Shown: positions 16,653 through 17,095 of the stretch, piece by piece | How positions within the stretch are numbered: position 1 is the stretch's first letter | Layout: the number at the start of each line of letters is the position of its first letter | Source of the DNA: a virus | Lineage: Duplodnaviria > Heunggongvirae > Uroviricota > Caudoviricetes | Virus record (IMG/VR): IMGVR_UViG_2778261641_000010 | Location: 1 to 17,095 of that record | DNA length: 17,095 nucleotides | Direction: 5' to 3' (one strand) | Notes under the pieces: model-generated | The model's database searches: none | What the model was told of the DNA's origin: nothing | Seen by the model: only the letters and a program-made list of their open reading frames with translations | Position numbers and translations under genes: made by a program

Positions 16653-17095
16653 TTACTTAAGACCTCATCAATAGCCTGATTCATTCGCTGTATGGCAATC
16701 TGTGCTGCCAGTTCCTCTGTCGTATCGAAAGCTGGGCGAATGAACGGATGCGCGGGCATGTTTATCGTTCCCAGCTCCACAAAGCGCCAGTAAAACGCAT
16801 TTCGGGGATCACTGGCTTTCATGCTGTTATCACTGTTTCCGGTTCGCAGGTTCCGTCCACGAATGTGGACACCCGAGATAATTTCCCCCCGACGCTTTGA
16901 ACGCTGAGTGAGAACAACCACATTTTTCTTCAGTTTCCCGGTTCGCTCCGGCGCACGTTCAACAACTGCATCCCGCATAACTTCAGCACCGGCACGGGTG
17001 GCATCGCGCAGTACCTTATTGTTTTCTGCCCTGCTGAGCGTCTCCAGATCCCGTGCAATATCCGCCAGACCTGAAAAATCAAGACTGAAATCCAT
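16649..17095 (-). CDS. HK97 gp10-family neck/tail-completion protein (lambda Z position); possibly 5'-truncated by the window edge
   Basis: 148 codons in the window, starting with an ATG at the very last bases (17093..17095), so completeness cannot be judged. Motifs ...FYWRFVELGT...PAHPFIRPAFD... resemble the HK97 gp10 family as I recall it. Confidence 0.6.
   Translation of the reverse strand: MDFSLDFSGLADIARDLETLSRAENNKVLRDATRAGAEVMRDAVVERAPERTGKLKKNVVVLTQRSKRRGEIISGVHIRGRNLRTGNSDNSMKASDPRNAFYWRFVELGTINMPAHPFIRPAFDTTEELAAQIAIQRMNQAIDEVLSK

Noticed and set aside
1-17095. Search for CRISPR arrays, tRNA/rRNA genes, integrase/att sites, toxin-antitoxin or other defence modules
   Set aside because: No spacer-repeat periodicity, no tRNA-like or rRNA-like sequence, and no unassigned ORF-sized gaps; every substantial ORF is accounted for by the tail module, lom or the fibre-switch cassette.

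Overview
This window is the late (tail) region of a lambda-like siphovirus prophage, almost all encoded on the minus strand. Reading 5'->3' on the minus strand (17095 down to 1): a neck/tail-completion gene pair (HK97 gp10-like, then DUF3168/U-like), the major tail protein with a C-terminal Ig-like domain, a tail chaperone pair G/GT joined by a -1 frameshift at A_AAA_AAG, the tape measure protein, lambda-like M, L, K, I and J, the lom outer-membrane moron bracketed by two hairpin terminators, the side tail fibre Stf and a tail fibre assembly gene (tfa). The leftmost ~3 kb is the most interesting part: it has the layout of a Mu G / P1 C / e14 P-type invertible host-range cassette. A 26-bp gix-like crossover site sits inside stf, and beyond the active fibre tip and tfa lie a second tfa and a second fibre-tip cassette on the plus strand; the partner crossover site is cut by the window edge and the expected invertase gene would lie just outside the window. 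I see no CRISPR array, tRNA, rRNA or recognisable defence system; the window is a densely packed structural operon whose interest lies in its switching, recoding and moron features. Coordinates derived from the ORF track are reliable; hairpin and site positions were counted by eye and may be off by 1-2 nt.
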